Shown piece by piece: positions 35,863 to 47,659 of a stretch of DNA of 64,000 nt. The DNA comes from Escherichia coli. Its GTDB lineage: Bacteria > Pseudomonadota > Gammaproteobacteria > Enterobacterales > Enterobacteriaceae. How positions within the stretch are numbered: position 1 is the stretch's first letter; every line of letters starts with the position of its first letter. The position numbers and the translations under genes are program-made. The DNA lies in the NCBI RefSeq assembly GCF_024502345.1, contig NZ_JALDNN010000001.1, one strand, 5' to 3'. The notes below the pieces were generated by a model that was not told the origin of the DNA, did no database searches, and worked only from the letters and a program-made list of their open reading frames with translations.

Positions 35863-35957
35863 TGGCGGAAGATCACAGGAGTCGAACCTGCCCGGGACCG
35901 CTGGCGGCCCCAACTGGATTTGAAGTCCAGCCGCCTCACCGGAGACGACGATCTTCC
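35863..35957 (-). tRNA. selC: tRNA-Sec (selenocysteine, 95 nt including CCA)
   Basis: The reverse complement reads GGAAGATCGTCGTCTCCGGTGAGGCGGCTGGACTTCAAATCCAGTTGGGGCCGCCAGCGGTCCCGGGCAGGTTCGACTCCTGTGATCTTCCGCCA. Confidence 0.97.
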
Positions 35958-36249
35958 GCGCCTCGATTGCTACATGGAGGCGGGGCGCATTATAGCTACT
36001 TCCTTGAGTTTCTACATCCCCCAGATCAGTTTTTTCCGCCTAATACACGCAGCGTATTATCACGAAAGCATTATAGTTCATATAAAACCCATATTTTACA
36101 ATGATATATGAGCGGAATTAACGCTACCACGATCACATAAAACAAGAATCATAAATTAATAACCAGATATCGGAATATTCGCTCTCACAGGGATGGTTTA
36201 CAAAATGCGTTATCGGTCTCAGCACCCCTATAGCATCAAGGAAAAGCAG

Positions 36250-37632
36250 ATGAAGAGTGAAGTGTTGTCCGTTAAAGAGAAAATTGGTTATGGCATGGGA
36301 GACGCCGCCAGCCACATTATTTTCGATAACGTAATGTTATATATGATGTTCTTTTATACCGATATTTTTGGCATTCCTGCCGGTTTTGTCGGAACCATGT
36401 TTTTGGTCGCTCGTGCACTGGATGCGATTTCCGATCCTTGCATGGGGTTGTTGGCCGATCGAACGCGCTCTCGCTGGGGTAAATTTCGTCCGTGGGTACT
36501 GTTTGGCGCACTGCCATTCGGGATCGTCTGTGTACTGGCCTATAGCACGCCAGATCTCAGTATGAACGGCAAAATGATCTATGCAGCAATTACTTACACC
36601 CTACTTACCTTACTTTATACCGTCGTCAATATCCCTTACTGCGCATTGGGTGGTGTAATCACCAATGACCCGACTCAGCGTATCTCGCTGCAATCCTGGC
36701 GTTTTGTGCTGGCGACCGCGGGAGGCATGCTTTCTACTGTTCTGATGATGCCACTGGTTAATTTAATTGGCGGTGATAATAAACCACTCGGTTTCCAGGG
36801 CGGTATCGCGGTCCTTTCCGTGGTGGCATTCATGATGCTGGCATTTTGTTTCTTCACCACTAAAGAACGCGTTGAAGCACCACCTACAACAACGTCTATG
36901 CGGGAAGATTTACGTGATATCTGGCAAAACGACCAGTGGCGGATTGTCGGTTTACTAACCATTTTCAATATCCTGGCGGTGTGCGTACGCGGTGGGGCGA
37001 TGATGTATTACGTCACATGGATTTTGGGTACGCCGGAAGTGTTTGTCGCTTTTCTCACCACTTATTGCGTGGGTAACCTGATTGGTTCCGCACTGGCAAA
37101 ACCGCTGACCGACTGGAAATGTAAAGTCACTATCTTCTGGTGGACGAACGCCCTGCTGGCAGTGATTAGCCTCGCAATGTTCTTTGTTCCCATGCAGGCC
37201 AGCATCACTATGTTTGTCTTCATCTTCGTGATTGGTGTGTTGCATCAACTGGTGACACCTATCCAGTGGGTAATGATGTCCGATACCGTCGATTACGGCG
37301 AGTGGTGCAATGGTAAACGCCTGACCGGGATCAGTTTTGCTGGCACGCTGTTTGTGCTCAAACTGGGGTTGGCCTTCGGCGGCGCTCTTATCGGCTGGAT
37401 GCTGGCTTATGGCGGATATGATGCGGCAGAAAAAGCTCAGAACAGCGCCACGATTAGCATCATTATCGCGCTATTCACGATTGTTCCGGCGATCTGTTAT
37501 TTGCTGAGCGCGATTATCGCTAAACGCTACTACTCACTCACGACGCACAATCTGAAAACCGTTATGGAACAGCTGGCTCAGGGCAAACGCCGTTGCCAGC
37601 AACAATTCACCTCTCAAGAAGTGCAGAACTAA
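36250..37632 (+). CDS. yicJ: GPH-family (glycoside-pentoside-hexuronide) cation symporter
   Basis: Start trimmed to MKSEVLSVKEK, giving 460 aa; sits upstream of the xylosidase gene. Confidence 0.9.
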   Translation: MKSEVLSVKEKIGYGMGDAASHIIFDNVMLYMMFFYTDIFGIPAGFVGTMFLVARALDAISDPCMGLLADRTRSRWGKFRPWVLFGALPFGIVCVLAYSTPDLSMNGKMIYAAITYTLLTLLYTVVNIPYCALGGVITNDPTQRISLQSWRFVLATAGGMLSTVLMMPLVNLIGGDNKPLGFQGGIAVLSVVAFMMLAFCFFTTKERVEAPPTTTSMREDLRDIWQNDQWRIVGLLTIFNILAVCVRGGAMMYYVTWILGTPEVFVAFLTTYCVGNLIGSALAKPLTDWKCKVTIFWWTNALLAVISLAMFFVPMQASITMFVFIFVIGVLHQLVTPIQWVMMSDTVDYGEWCNGKRLTGISFAGTLFVLKLGLAFGGALIGWMLAYGGYDAAEKAQNSATISIIIALFTIVPAICYLLSAIIAKRYYSLTTHNLKTVMEQLAQGKRRCQQQFTSQEVQN

Positions 37633-37641
37633 GGAACGGCA

Positions 37642-39960
37642 ATGAAAATTAGCGATGGAAACTGGTTGATTCAACCTGGCCTCAATTTGATTCACCCGCT
37701 TCAGGTGTTCGAGGTTGAACAGCAGGGTAATGAAATGGTGGTCTATGCTGCCCCCCGTGATGTACGTGAACGTACATGGCAGCTTGACACGCCTTTATTT
37801 ACGCTGCGCTTTTTCTCCCCACAGGAAGGTATTGTCGGGGTGCGGATTGAGCATTTTCAGGGGGCGCTGAATAACGGCCCTCATTATCCGCTCAATATTT
37901 TGCAGGACGTGAAGGTCACAATCGAAAACACAGAACGTTATGCTGAGTTTAAAAGTGGCAACTTAAGCGCGCGTGTCAGCAAAGGTGAGTTCTGGTCACT
38001 GGATTTTCTGCGCAACGGCGAACGTATTACCGGTAGTCAGGTGAAAAATAATGGCTACGTGCAGGACACGAATAATCAACGCAATTATATGTTTGAGCGG
38101 CTTGATCTTGGCGTTGGCGAAACAGTTTACGGTCTGGGAGAGCGCTTTACTGCCCTGGTGCGCAATGGCCAGACGGTAGAGACCTGGAACCGGGACGGCG
38201 GCACAAGTACTGAACAGGCGTATAAAAATATCCCGTTCTACATGACTAACCGTGGTTATGGGGTACTGGTCAATCATCCCCAGTGTGTCTCTTTTGAAGT
38301 GGGATCGGAGAAAGTCTCCAAAGTGCAGTTCAGCGTTGAGAGTGAATATCTCGAATACTTTGTTATCGACGGCCCGACGTCGAAAGCGGTACTTGATCGT
38401 TATACCCGCTTTACTGGTCGTCCGGCGCTGCCGCCCGCGTGGTCCTTCGGCCTGTGGCTAACCACTTCATTTACCACCAACTACGACGAAGCGACGGTAA
38501 ACAGCTTTATCGATGGTATGGCGGAACGCAATCTGCCGCTGCATGTTTTCCACTTTGACTGTTTCTGGATGAAAGCCTTCCAGTGGTGCGATTTTGAGTG
38601 GGACCCGCTGACTTTCCCTGACCCGGAAGGGATGATCCGCCGCCTGAAAGCGAAAGGGCTGAAAATCTGCGTCTGGATTAACCCCTATATCGGTCAAAAA
38701 TCCCCCGTCTTTAAAGAGTTACAAGAGAAAGGCTATTTACTCAAACGCCCGGACGGTTCGCTATGGCAGTGGGATAAATGGCAGCCAGGTCTGGCGATTT
38801 ATGACTTTACCAATCCGGATGCCTGCAAATGGTACGCCGACAAACTGAAAGGTCTGGTCGCGATGGGCGTTGATTGCTTTAAGACCGACTTTGGCGAACG
38901 TATCCCAACTGATGTTCAGTGGTTTGACGGTTCCGAACCGCAGAAAATGCATAACCATTATGCGTACATCTACAACGAACTGGTGTGGAACGTGCTCAAG
39001 GACACCGTTGGTGAGGAAGAAGCTGTCTTGTTTGCCCGCTCGGCCTCCGTCGGTGCGCAGAAATTCCCGGTACACTGGGGTGGCGATTGTTACGCTAACT
39101 ACGAATCAATGGCGGAAAGCCTGCGCGGTGGTTTGTCTATTGGCCTTTCAGGTTTTGGCTTCTGGAGCCACGATATCGGCGGCTTTGAAAATACCGCTCC
39201 GGCGCACGTTTACAAACGCTGGTGCGCGTTTGGTTTGCTCTCCAGCCATAGCCGTTTACACGGTAGCAAATCTTATCGTGTGCCGTGGGCCTACGATGAT
39301 GAGTCCTGTGATGTGGTGCGCTTCTTCACGCAACTGAAATGCCGCATGATGCCGTATCTGTATCGTGAAGCTGCGCGTGCGAACGCGCGGGGTACGCCGA
39401 TGATGCGGGCCATGATGATGGAGTTCCCGGACGATCCGGCTTGTGATTACCTTGACCGTCAATACATGTTAGGCGACAACGTGATGGTTGCGCCGGTGTT
39501 CACTGAAGCGGGCGATGTGCAGTTCTACCTGCCGGAAGGTCGCTGGACACACCTGTGGCACAACGATGAACTCGACGGTAGTCGCTGGCATAAACAGCAG
39601 CACGGCTTCCTGAGTCTGCCCGTTTATGTGCGTGATAACACTCTACTGGCGCTGGGCAACAACGATCAACGTCCCGATTACGCGTGGCACGAAGGTACGG
39701 CATTCCAGCTCTTTAAACTGCAAGACGGGCATGAAGCCGTCTGTGAAGTGCCCGCTGCTGACGGTTCGGTGATCTTTACTTTAAAAGCAGCACGTACTGG
39801 CAACACGATTACTGTGACTGGTGCGGGCGAGGCGAAGAACTGGACGCTGTGCTTGCGCAATGTTGTGAAAGTAAATGGTCTGCAAGGCGGTTCGCAGGCT
39901 GAAAGTGAGCAGGGGCTGGTGGTGACGCCTCAAGGGAATGCGCTGACAATTACGTTGTAA
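37642..39960 (+). CDS. yicI: alpha-xylosidase (glycoside hydrolase family 31)
   Basis: 772 aa with the GH31 catalytic region ([16 protein letters not shown]). Confidence 0.95.
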   Translation: MKISDGNWLIQPGLNLIHPLQVFEVEQQGNEMVVYAAPRDVRERTWQLDTPLFTLRFFSPQEGIVGVRIEHFQGALNNGPHYPLNILQDVKVTIENTERYAEFKSGNLSARVSKGEFWSLDFLRNGERITGSQVKNNGYVQDTNNQRNYMFERLDLGVGETVYGLGERFTALVRNGQTVETWNRDGGTSTEQAYKNIPFYMTNRGYGVLVNHPQCVSFEVGSEKVSKVQFSVESEYLEYFVIDGPTSKAVLDRYTRFTGRPALPPAWSFGLWLTTSFTTNYDEATVNSFIDGMAERNLPLHVFHFDCFWMKAFQWCDFEWDPLTFPDPEGMIRRLKAKGLKICVWINPYIGQKSPVFKELQEKGYLLKRPDGSLWQWDKWQPGLAIYDFTNPDACKWYADKLKGLVAMGVDCFKTDFGERIPTDVQWFDGSEPQKMHNHYAYIYNELVWNVLKDTVGEEEAVLFARSASVGAQKFPVHWGGDCYANYESMAESLRGGLSIGLSGFGFWSHDIGGFENTAPAHVYKRWCAFGLLSSHSRLHGSKSYRVPWAYDDESCDVVRFFTQLKCRMMPYLYREAARANARGTPMMRAMMMEFPDDPACDYLDRQYMLGDNVMVAPVFTEAGDVQFYLPEGRWTHLWHNDELDGSRWHKQQHGFLSLPVYVRDNTLLALGNNDQRPDYAWHEGTAFQLFKLQDGHEAVCEVPAADGSVIFTLKAARTGNTITVTGAGEAKNWTLCLRNVVKVNGLQGGSQAESEQGLVVTPQGNALTITL

Positions 39961-40012
39961 TCTATTGACGGAATGCCGGGTACGTCTGAGTCGTACCCGG
40001 CGAGATTGATGT

Positions 40013-41722
40013 TTACCGCACCGGCTCCGTCGATGTAACTTCACCGCTGGAAACGATGCCAGCATTCATGGTTTGAGTCACTTGCTGCTTTGCGGCGTTC
40101 ACGGTATGCAATTGCCCGCTAACCGTAGGTTTCAGCGGGGCATTGGCCTGAATATCTCCACTGGCGGTAAGCTGAATATTGCCGTCGCCAGTCAACGGTA
40201 ATTCAGGCCATCCCCATTGTTGCAAAATATTCACCGGCACACCGCGTCCATTCAGGCTGATATGGGTCTGACGTTGTGGCGTTTGTGAAACACTGGCAGT
40301 GGCTTCCAGAATGCCTTTTTCAGTAAATGCACTCAGTTCGCTGATATTCACCGTGCTGCTGTTGGCGGTCAGCGCCAGCGACGGGCGACGAACATCAACA
40401 CGATTGAATGTCGCGGCGGCGGCATTCAGATTCGCCGAGCCACTCCAGACGCCCCATTTATGATCGGTAACCAGCGTCAGGTTGGCACCGTAACCATCGA
40501 GCGCGGTGAGCTGCCACGGGAAGTCAGGGTCGATATCAATGATCAGATTGCGGCTGGCGCTAAATCTCTTCAGTTGCAGGCTGTTTAACCAACCCGGTGT
40601 CGTTTCCATCCACAACTGTTGCCAGTTTTTCGGCAAGGTATATTCCAGCCCGGCAATTGCCGCATCATCAAGGAGTAACGTTTTCCCGTCACGCAGCCAG
40701 TTCCCTGACGTTCTGACCATACCCCCTTCCCAGCGGCTGGTGAACTGGCGCAGCGCTACGCCCTGCGGGGAAAATTCCGCGTTTATAATCGGGTCAAATA
40801 AATGCAGTGAACCATAAATGAACTCGCTGGCGTTCATCGACAGTTTGCCTTCCTGTGTCTGCCAGTCATCTTTACTGAAGGTCATGTTGCGCAAGCTGAG
40901 ATCGAGGTCGGTCACCGCCCAGTCCGGACCTTGCAGACGAGCATCGATCACTTCCAGGCGACCAATCTGCAACGACGGGACAGAGCGTAATGGCGCAAAG
41001 AAGTCGGTTAGCGATTTTTCGCTTTGTAGACGGATATCCGCCATGCGCAGATTTTCCACTTGCCAGCTGCCGTCGGCGTTACGCTGCGCGTTTCCGGTTA
41101 ATGTCCCGCGCGCGATGTCGGCACCCAGGTTAGTCAGCGTAACGCGATCGTTATCAATACTGCCTTCAATCAGTACATTGGTGGCAGGAACATCATTGAG
41201 CGAAAGCGATCCGGCACTAAACTGAATCTGCGCCTTCGTACCCAGCACTTTACCGGCTTCTGGTGACCACGGAACCACGCCGCCATTTACCCGCTGCGCG
41301 CTCAGTTTCCATTCGCTATTCGGGCTATTAAACGCCATATCACGCAGTTGCAGACGATCGGCTTTGAACGGTAGCGGCGCGGTCTGGCCGGTGAGATTCA
41401 GCGTCCCGTTTTCCAGCAGGATGGTATCGACATGGCGTGGTTCGGTCAGTTGCCGACTGCTTAGCGCAATGTCGACACTTTTTGCCACCAGGGTCGCGGG
41501 CTGACCATCACGACCAAACGTGACGTTCTCCAGCACGATATGAGATGGCGCGGAAAAACGGTGATCCATCGCCCCGAAGGCCAGATGATAGTCGCTATTC
41601 TCGGAAACCCATGCGCTGATATGTTCTGCTCCCCAGCGAGTTTGCAGAAGAAAATAGAGGCCAGCGATCACCACTAACAGAGCGATGAGAATGTAGAGAA
41701 GCAGCTTCCCAATAAATTTCAT
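40013..41722 (-). CDS. yicH: AsmA-family membrane-anchored protein
   Basis: Start trimmed to MKFIGKLLLYIL (N-terminal TM helix), giving 569 aa. Confidence 0.85.
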   Translation of the reverse strand: MKFIGKLLLYILIALLVVIAGLYFLLQTRWGAEHISAWVSENSDYHLAFGAMDHRFSAPSHIVLENVTFGRDGQPATLVAKSVDIALSSRQLTEPRHVDTILLENGTLNLTGQTAPLPFKADRLQLRDMAFNSPNSEWKLSAQRVNGGVVPWSPEAGKVLGTKAQIQFSAGSLSLNDVPATNVLIEGSIDNDRVTLTNLGADIARGTLTGNAQRNADGSWQVENLRMADIRLQSEKSLTDFFAPLRSVPSLQIGRLEVIDARLQGPDWAVTDLDLSLRNMTFSKDDWQTQEGKLSMNASEFIYGSLHLFDPIINAEFSPQGVALRQFTSRWEGGMVRTSGNWLRDGKTLLLDDAAIAGLEYTLPKNWQQLWMETTPGWLNSLQLKRFSASRNLIIDIDPDFPWQLTALDGYGANLTLVTDHKWGVWSGSANLNAAAATFNRVDVRRPSLALTANSSTVNISELSAFTEKGILEATASVSQTPQRQTHISLNGRGVPVNILQQWGWPELPLTGDGNIQLTASGDIQANAPLKPTVSGQLHTVNAAKQQVTQTMNAGIVSSGEVTSTEPVR

Positions 41723-41842
41723 GGTCTTCCATCCCGTGAAATGCACATAAGGGAGTTATGCACGATTTACGCGCAATCCTCAAGGCGGGAATGGTGAAAG
41801 AGGTGAGACTGCGGCGGTAATTATCTTACCGCCGCCAGTGAA

Positions 41843-43234
41843 TTACTGTTTTTCTGGTGGGAAAATCAGATTCAGCACGATGGCAGTAATACCGCCCGCG
41901 GCGATCCCGGAGGAGAGCAGGTTTTTCAGCCATTCAGGGGCAAACTGCAAAATCAGCGGCTGCTGAGACACGCCCAGACCAACCGCCAGCGACAGCGCGA
42001 TAATCAGAATCGCCCGACGGTTCAGCGGCTCACGAGAAACGATACGCACACCGGAGGCGGCGATGGTGCCAAACATTACAAGCGTTGCGCCGCCCAGAAC
42101 CGGTTCTGGAATGTGTTGTACAAAACCGCTCACTGCCGGGAACAGACCCAGCACGATCAACATCAGCGCGACGACAAAACCGACATAGCGGCTGGCAACA
42201 CCGGTCAACTGGATCACTCCGTTGTTCTGCCCGAAGCAGGAGTTCGGGAAGGTGTTAAACACCGCCGAAACAAACGAGTTCAGGCCGTTTGCCAGCACGC
42301 CGCCTTTCAGGCGTTTCATGTACAGCGGACCGGACACTGGCTGTTCGGAAACGTCAGAGGTCGCCGTGATATCGCCAATGGTTTCCAGCGAAGTGATCAT
42401 AAAGACCAGCATCAGCGGCAGCAGCAGACTCCATTCAATGCCAAGACCGTAATAGAGCGGCGTTGGCACCATAATCAGTTCTTGCGTCATCGGTTCGTTG
42501 CTTTCTGGCAACATGCCCATAAACCACGCCAGCGCATATCCGGCCGCCATCGCAATCACCAGTGAGGCCACGCGTAAGTAAGGGTTACGTTGACGGTTAA
42601 GCAGGATAATTAAGGCTAAGACCACGCCTGCCAGCAGCAGATTTTTCGGTGCGCCGAAGGTGTTATCGCTCATGGCTGCGTAACCGCCGCCAATTGAGGT
42701 CAGCCCCACCTGAATTAGCGACAGGCCGATAATCATCACCACAACGCCAGAAACCAGCGGCGTAATAATGCGGCGCGCCAGATGCAGAACACGGGAGATC
42801 ACCATCTCGGTGCAACTTGCCAGCATCAACGTGCCGAACAAAGCCGCCATCATGGTAGGAACATCAGCACCACCGGTTTTCAGCGCGGTACCGCCCATAA
42901 TCAGCGGGGCAACAAAGTTGAAGCTGGTGCCCTGAATAGACAACAGCCCGGAGCCAACCGGACCCCAGGCCTTAATTTGAATAATCGATGCCACACCGGA
43001 GGCAAACAGCGACATACTAATAATGTGTTGCGTGTCTTGTGCCGGTAAACCCAGCGCCTGGCAGATTAATAGCGCTGGCGTGATCACCGCAACGAACATT
43101 GCCAGCAAATGCTGACAGGCGGCAAACAGGGTTTGAGGAAGCGGCGGACGATCTTCAAGACGGTAAATCAGTTCGCTGTTTTGAGTCTGCGCAACCGGTT
43201 GCGCACTTTCTGACTCGAGGGTGGAAACAGACAT
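41843..43234 (-). CDS. xanP: xanthine permease (NCS2 family)
   Basis: 463 aa; NCS2 motifs; start trimmed to MSVSTLESE. Confidence 0.9.
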   Translation of the reverse strand: MSVSTLESESAQPVAQTQNSELIYRLEDRPPLPQTLFAACQHLLAMFVAVITPALLICQALGLPAQDTQHIISMSLFASGVASIIQIKAWGPVGSGLLSIQGTSFNFVAPLIMGGTALKTGGADVPTMMAALFGTLMLASCTEMVISRVLHLARRIITPLVSGVVVMIIGLSLIQVGLTSIGGGYAAMSDNTFGAPKNLLLAGVVLALIILLNRQRNPYLRVASLVIAMAAGYALAWFMGMLPESNEPMTQELIMVPTPLYYGLGIEWSLLLPLMLVFMITSLETIGDITATSDVSEQPVSGPLYMKRLKGGVLANGLNSFVSAVFNTFPNSCFGQNNGVIQLTGVASRYVGFVVALMLIVLGLFPAVSGFVQHIPEPVLGGATLVMFGTIAASGVRIVSREPLNRRAILIIALSLAVGLGVSQQPLILQFAPEWLKNLLSSGIAAGGITAIVLNLIFPPEKQ

Positions 43235-43513
43235 CGAAAACAATCCCGTGGTAGCAAAGCGGGCATTTTAGCTGACCGAAAGAGAAAAGCAAACGTTTGC
43301 TACATCCTCATCTAAATATTTAAATGAGATAAATGCACTTTTTTATATAACTTTTGGTATTTTTCTGCTTAAAATCCATGCCATTTGTTCATTAACAGCT
43401 GAGAATTTGACCCAGGAAAGCATGACTCGATACCCGTCATATTTCATGAAGTTGCCACTGCGCGATGAAGTATGACGAGTATGAAAGAGTGATGCGGATA
43501 CAAAGGAGTAACT

Positions 43514-44719
43514 ATGTTTCATCTCGATACTTTAGCAACGCTTGTTGCCGCAACGCTGACGTTGCTGCTCGGGCGTAAGTTGGTCCATTCCGTCTCCTTT
43601 TTGAAGAAATACACCATACCGGAACCTGTTGCGGGTGGTTTGTTGGTGGCGCTGGCGCTACTGGTACTGAAAAAAAGCATGGGCTGGGAAGTCAACTTTG
43701 ATATGTCCCTGCGCGATCCGTTAATGCTGGCTTTCTTCGCCACCATTGGCCTGAACGCCAACATTGCCAGTTTGCGTGCCGGTGGGCGTGTGGTTGGCAT
43801 CTTCTTGATTGTGGTTGTTGGTCTGTTGGTGATGCAAAATGCCATTGGCATTGGGATGGCTAGCCTGTTAGGGCTTGATCCGCTGATGGGGCTGTTGGCC
43901 GGTTCTATTACGCTTTCCGGCGGTCACGGTACGGGAGCTGCATGGAGTAAATTGTTCATTGAACGTTATGGCTTCACCAATGCGACGGAAGTGGCGATGG
44001 CCTGTGCAACGTTCGGTTTGGTGCTGGGCGGCTTGATTGGCGGTCCGGTAGCGCGCTATCTGGTGAAACACTCCACCACGCCGAACGGTATTCCGGATGA
44101 CCAGGAAGTCCCGACGGCGTTTGAAAAGCCGGATGTGGGCCGCATGATCACCTCGTTGGTGCTGATTGAAACTATCGCGCTGATTGCTATCTGCCTGACG
44201 GTGGGGAAAATTGTTGCGCAACTTTTGGCTGGCACTGCTTTTGAACTGCCGACCTTCGTCTGTGTACTGTTTGTTGGCGTGATTCTGAGCAACGGTCTGT
44301 CAATAATGGGCTTTTACCGCGTCTTTGAGCGTGCGGTATCCGTGCTGGGTAACGTAAGCTTGTCGTTGTTCCTGGCGATGGCGTTGATGGGGCTGAAACT
44401 GTGGGAGCTGGCTTCGCTGGCGCTGCCGATGCTGGCGATTCTGGTGGTACAGACCATCTTCATGGCGTTGTATGCCATCTTCGTTACCTGGCGCATGATG
44501 GGCAAAAACTACGATGCGGCAGTGCTGGCTGCGGGTCACTGTGGTTTTGGCCTCGGTGCAACGCCAACGGCAATCGCCAACATGCAGGCGATCACTGAAC
44601 GTTTTGGCCCGTCGCACATGGCCTTCCTGGTAGTGCCGATGGTCGGTGCGTTCTTTATTGATATCGTTAACGCGCTGGTGATTAAGCTGTATTTGATGTT
44701 GCCGATTTTTGCGGGTTAA
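43514..44719 (+). CDS. gltS: sodium/glutamate symporter
   Basis: 401-aa polytopic ORF ending KLYLMLPIFAG. Confidence 0.95.
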   Translation: MFHLDTLATLVAATLTLLLGRKLVHSVSFLKKYTIPEPVAGGLLVALALLVLKKSMGWEVNFDMSLRDPLMLAFFATIGLNANIASLRAGGRVVGIFLIVVVGLLVMQNAIGIGMASLLGLDPLMGLLAGSITLSGGHGTGAAWSKLFIERYGFTNATEVAMACATFGLVLGGLIGGPVARYLVKHSTTPNGIPDDQEVPTAFEKPDVGRMITSLVLIETIALIAICLTVGKIVAQLLAGTAFELPTFVCVLFVGVILSNGLSIMGFYRVFERAVSVLGNVSLSLFLAMALMGLKLWELASLALPMLAILVVQTIFMALYAIFVTWRMMGKNYDAAVLAAGHCGFGLGATPTAIANMQAITERFGPSHMAFLVVPMVGAFFIDIVNALVIKLYLMLPIFAG

Positions 44720-44721
44720 AA

Positions 44722-45588
44722 ATGAAAAAGCGTCGGAAGGAACCGGAAACGCTACGTGAACACTGTCGCCACATTTTTGGTGATGAGCCGCCAGTGCTCT
44801 GTGTATGGGAAACGGAATTTGATTACGCAGATGCCGAACTCAAGGCGCTGGCGGCTAAAGAGTGGCAGCAGATCAGCGAATGGGATTTGAGTGCTTACTA
44901 TGTACTCAATCTCGTTTATAACGAACCGATGCAAATAGAGTTGTTTCGCTATCTGTTTCCGCTCTGCCTGGCGCAATGGCATGAAACCGTTTTAGCTGGC
45001 GGTTATGGTGATCACTTCGAAGAATCCTTAATGAAGGCATTGCGTCGGCCCTATCTCTGGCAGGAGATGATGAATGCTTCCCAACGCCAGCAGGTACGGC
45101 AATTTTTACTGGACACCGCGTTGCAGCGTATGGATAACGAGCGTGGTTTCAATAACGTTCTTTGCTGGCTGGCGGTGTTCAATACTCTGGGTGGGGCCGC
45201 GCCGTTAATTCGTTCTCTCTGGTCGCGCTGGTGGGCGCTGGATACGCCGGGAAAAGCGGTGTGTGCTATTCAGTATGCCGCGCATCTAATTTATCCCATA
45301 GAAGCCAATCCGTTATGGTCGCAAGAATGGATAGGCTGGGGGCATCCATTAGGCCATAAAGATGGCTGGTCCTCTGATAATCGCGCTTTTCTTCGCCAAA
45401 TGTTAACACCTGAAATGATTGTGGCTGGCGTACAGGCAGCGGCTGAAATTCTGCGTGGTGAACCGGAAGGCGCAATGGCGGCGCGAATTGCACAGGATGC
45501 GTATGAGGCAATGGATATCCTCACTATCCAGATTGAAGATTTACTGCGTGACTTGTCTCGTGATGAGTCTGGTCATGCGTTGGAGTAA
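44722..45588 (+). CDS. hypothetical Trp-rich protein (288 aa) wedged between gltS and recG
   Basis: ATG lies 3 bp after the gltS stop; the 3-prime end overlaps the convergent recG stop by 16 bp; no recognised motif. Confidence 0.5.
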   Translation: MKKRRKEPETLREHCRHIFGDEPPVLCVWETEFDYADAELKALAAKEWQQISEWDLSAYYVLNLVYNEPMQIELFRYLFPLCLAQWHETVLAGGYGDHFEESLMKALRRPYLWQEMMNASQRQQVRQFLLDTALQRMDNERGFNNVLCWLAVFNTLGGAAPLIRSLWSRWWALDTPGKAVCAIQYAAHLIYPIEANPLWSQEWIGWGHPLGHKDGWSSDNRAFLRQMLTPEMIVAGVQAAAEILRGEPEGAMAARIAQDAYEAMDILTIQIEDLLRDLSRDESGHALE

Positions 45589-47654
45589 CGTTCCGTCTCC
45601 GGCATCCAGCGTTCTATCAAGGCTTTTGCCTGTTGTGGGTAACGTTCGTGAATATGTCGCGCCAGGCGCTGAACTTCCGGGATCATCGCCTGATCGCGCA
45701 GTAAATCCGCCACTTTAAATTCAGCATTACCCGTCTGACGCGTGCCTAACAATTCGCCAGGGCCGCGAATCTCCAGATCTTTTTGCGCAATCACAAAACC
45801 GTCGTTACTGTCGCGCAGCACTTGCAGGCGAATTTGCGCCGTTTTAGAAAGCGGCGTTTTGTAGAGCAGCACGCAGTGAGAAGCCACCGCGCCACGACCT
45901 ACGCGCCCGCGCAGCTGGTGTAACTGCGCCAGACCCAGACGCTCAGGGTTTTCGATAATCATCAGGCTGGCGTTAGGCACATCAACACCGACTTCAATAA
46001 CGGTAGTGGCAACCAGCAGATGTAGCTCACCTTGTTTAAACGACGCCATCACCGCCTGTTTCTCGGCTGGTTTCATCCGCCCGTGTACCAGGCCAACATT
46101 CAATTCTGGTAGCGCCAGTTTCAACTCTTCCCAGGTAGCTTCCGCCGCCTGCGCTTCCAGTAACTCTGACTCTTCAATCAACGTACAAACCCAGTACGCC
46201 TGACGACCTTCAGTTATGCAGGCGTGGCGCACGCGGTCAATGATGTCGGTACGGCGAGTATCAGGAATAGCGACCGTAGTCACTGGCGTGCGGCCTGGCG
46301 GCAGTTCATCAATGACCGAGGTGTCGAGATCGGCATACGCAGTCATCGCCAGCGTGCGGGGGATCGGCGTGGCGGTCATGATCAACTGATGCGGATGGAA
46401 GCCTTGCTGCTGGCCTTTCTCCCACAATGCCAGACGCTGATGCACGCCAAAGCGATGCTGTTCGTCGATAATCACCAGCGCCAGGCCGTTAAACTGCACC
46501 TGTTCCTGGAAGATGGCGTGTGTTCCGACAATCATCTGCACCTGACCGCTGGCGATGGCTTCCTGCTGTGCCAGCCGCGCTTTACCTTTCTGCTTACCGG
46601 CGAGCCAGCCCACTTCGATACCGAGCGGTGCAAACCAGTTACGGAAGTTATTGGCGTGCTGTTCGGCGAGTAATTCGGTTGGTGCCATCAATGCCACCTG
46701 TTTGCCGTGGGCAATCGCACGCAGCGCGGCGAGGGCAGCGACCAGCGTTTTACCGGAACCTACATCGCCCTGTACCAGGCGCATCATCGGCACATTCAGC
46801 GCCATATCGCGCTCGATCTCCGCCACCACGCGAGCCTGAGCGCCCGTTGGCTTGAACGGTAAGGCGGCAAGAAGTTTATTTTTCAGCGTGTCATTGGCGC
46901 TCAGCGGCTGGGCATGGAAACGTTGCGCTCCGGCGCGTAAGGCTAACATGCTGAGGTTATGCGCCAGCAGTTCTTCCAGAATCAGACGACGTTGCGTCGG
47001 ATGCTGCCCGGTTTCCAGATCGCTAAGTTGCAGCGTCGGCGGCGGGCGGTGCAAAGTGCGCAACGCTTCCGGTAGCGTCATCATTCCTTGTGACAGTTCC
47101 GGCGGCAGGAGTTCTTCAATGGCGCAGGTGTCGAGCAGATCCAGCGCCTGGTCGGTTAATTTACGCAGCGTGGCCTGCTTTACGCCTTCGGTTGTTGGAT
47201 AAACCGGCGTGAGCGTTTCCTGCAACTCTGGCGTACTGAGATCGCCCTGCACGCGGTATTCCGGGTGGATCATCTCCGCACCATATTTACCGCGCTTTGC
47301 TTCTCCATAGGCCAGCACGCGGCGGCCCGTCGCCAGGCTATTTTTCATTGCCGCGTTGAAGTTGAAAAAGCGCATGGTGAGAATGCCGGAACCGTCGCTG
47401 ATCTGGCAGGTCATCATCCGCCGACCGCCGAAGGAGATATTGCAGTTCAGCACTTCGCCTTCCACCGTGGCATAAACGCCCGGTAGTAGTTCTCCGATGG
47501 GGTAGAGATGGGTGCGATCTTCGTAGCGCAGGGGAAGGTGTAACAGTAGATCCTGCACGGTATGCAGGTTGATTTTCGCCAGTTTGTTACTAAGTGCTGC
47601 GCCAACGCCCGTTAGGGAACTGAGTGGGACAGCATCTAACAGGCGACCTTTCAT
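45573..47654 (-). CDS. recG: ATP-dependent DNA helicase RecG
   Basis: Start trimmed to MKGRLLDAVPL, giving 693 aa; helicase motifs GDVGSGKT and DEQHRFG. Confidence 0.95.
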   Translation of the reverse strand: MKGRLLDAVPLSSLTGVGAALSNKLAKINLHTVQDLLLHLPLRYEDRTHLYPIGELLPGVYATVEGEVLNCNISFGGRRMMTCQISDGSGILTMRFFNFNAAMKNSLATGRRVLAYGEAKRGKYGAEMIHPEYRVQGDLSTPELQETLTPVYPTTEGVKQATLRKLTDQALDLLDTCAIEELLPPELSQGMMTLPEALRTLHRPPPTLQLSDLETGQHPTQRRLILEELLAHNLSMLALRAGAQRFHAQPLSANDTLKNKLLAALPFKPTGAQARVVAEIERDMALNVPMMRLVQGDVGSGKTLVAALAALRAIAHGKQVALMAPTELLAEQHANNFRNWFAPLGIEVGWLAGKQKGKARLAQQEAIASGQVQMIVGTHAIFQEQVQFNGLALVIIDEQHRFGVHQRLALWEKGQQQGFHPHQLIMTATPIPRTLAMTAYADLDTSVIDELPPGRTPVTTVAIPDTRRTDIIDRVRHACITEGRQAYWVCTLIEESELLEAQAAEATWEELKLALPELNVGLVHGRMKPAEKQAVMASFKQGELHLLVATTVIEVGVDVPNASLMIIENPERLGLAQLHQLRGRVGRGAVASHCVLLYKTPLSKTAQIRLQVLRDSNDGFVIAQKDLEIRGPGELLGTRQTGNAEFKVADLLRDQAMIPEVQRLARHIHERYPQQAKALIERWMPETERYSNA

Positions 47655-47659
47655 GGCAC

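Noticed and set aside
35862-36111. ORFs of 80 and 63 aa overlapping selC
   Set aside because: They run through the tRNA-Sec gene and its promoter region; the tRNA accounts for the sequence.
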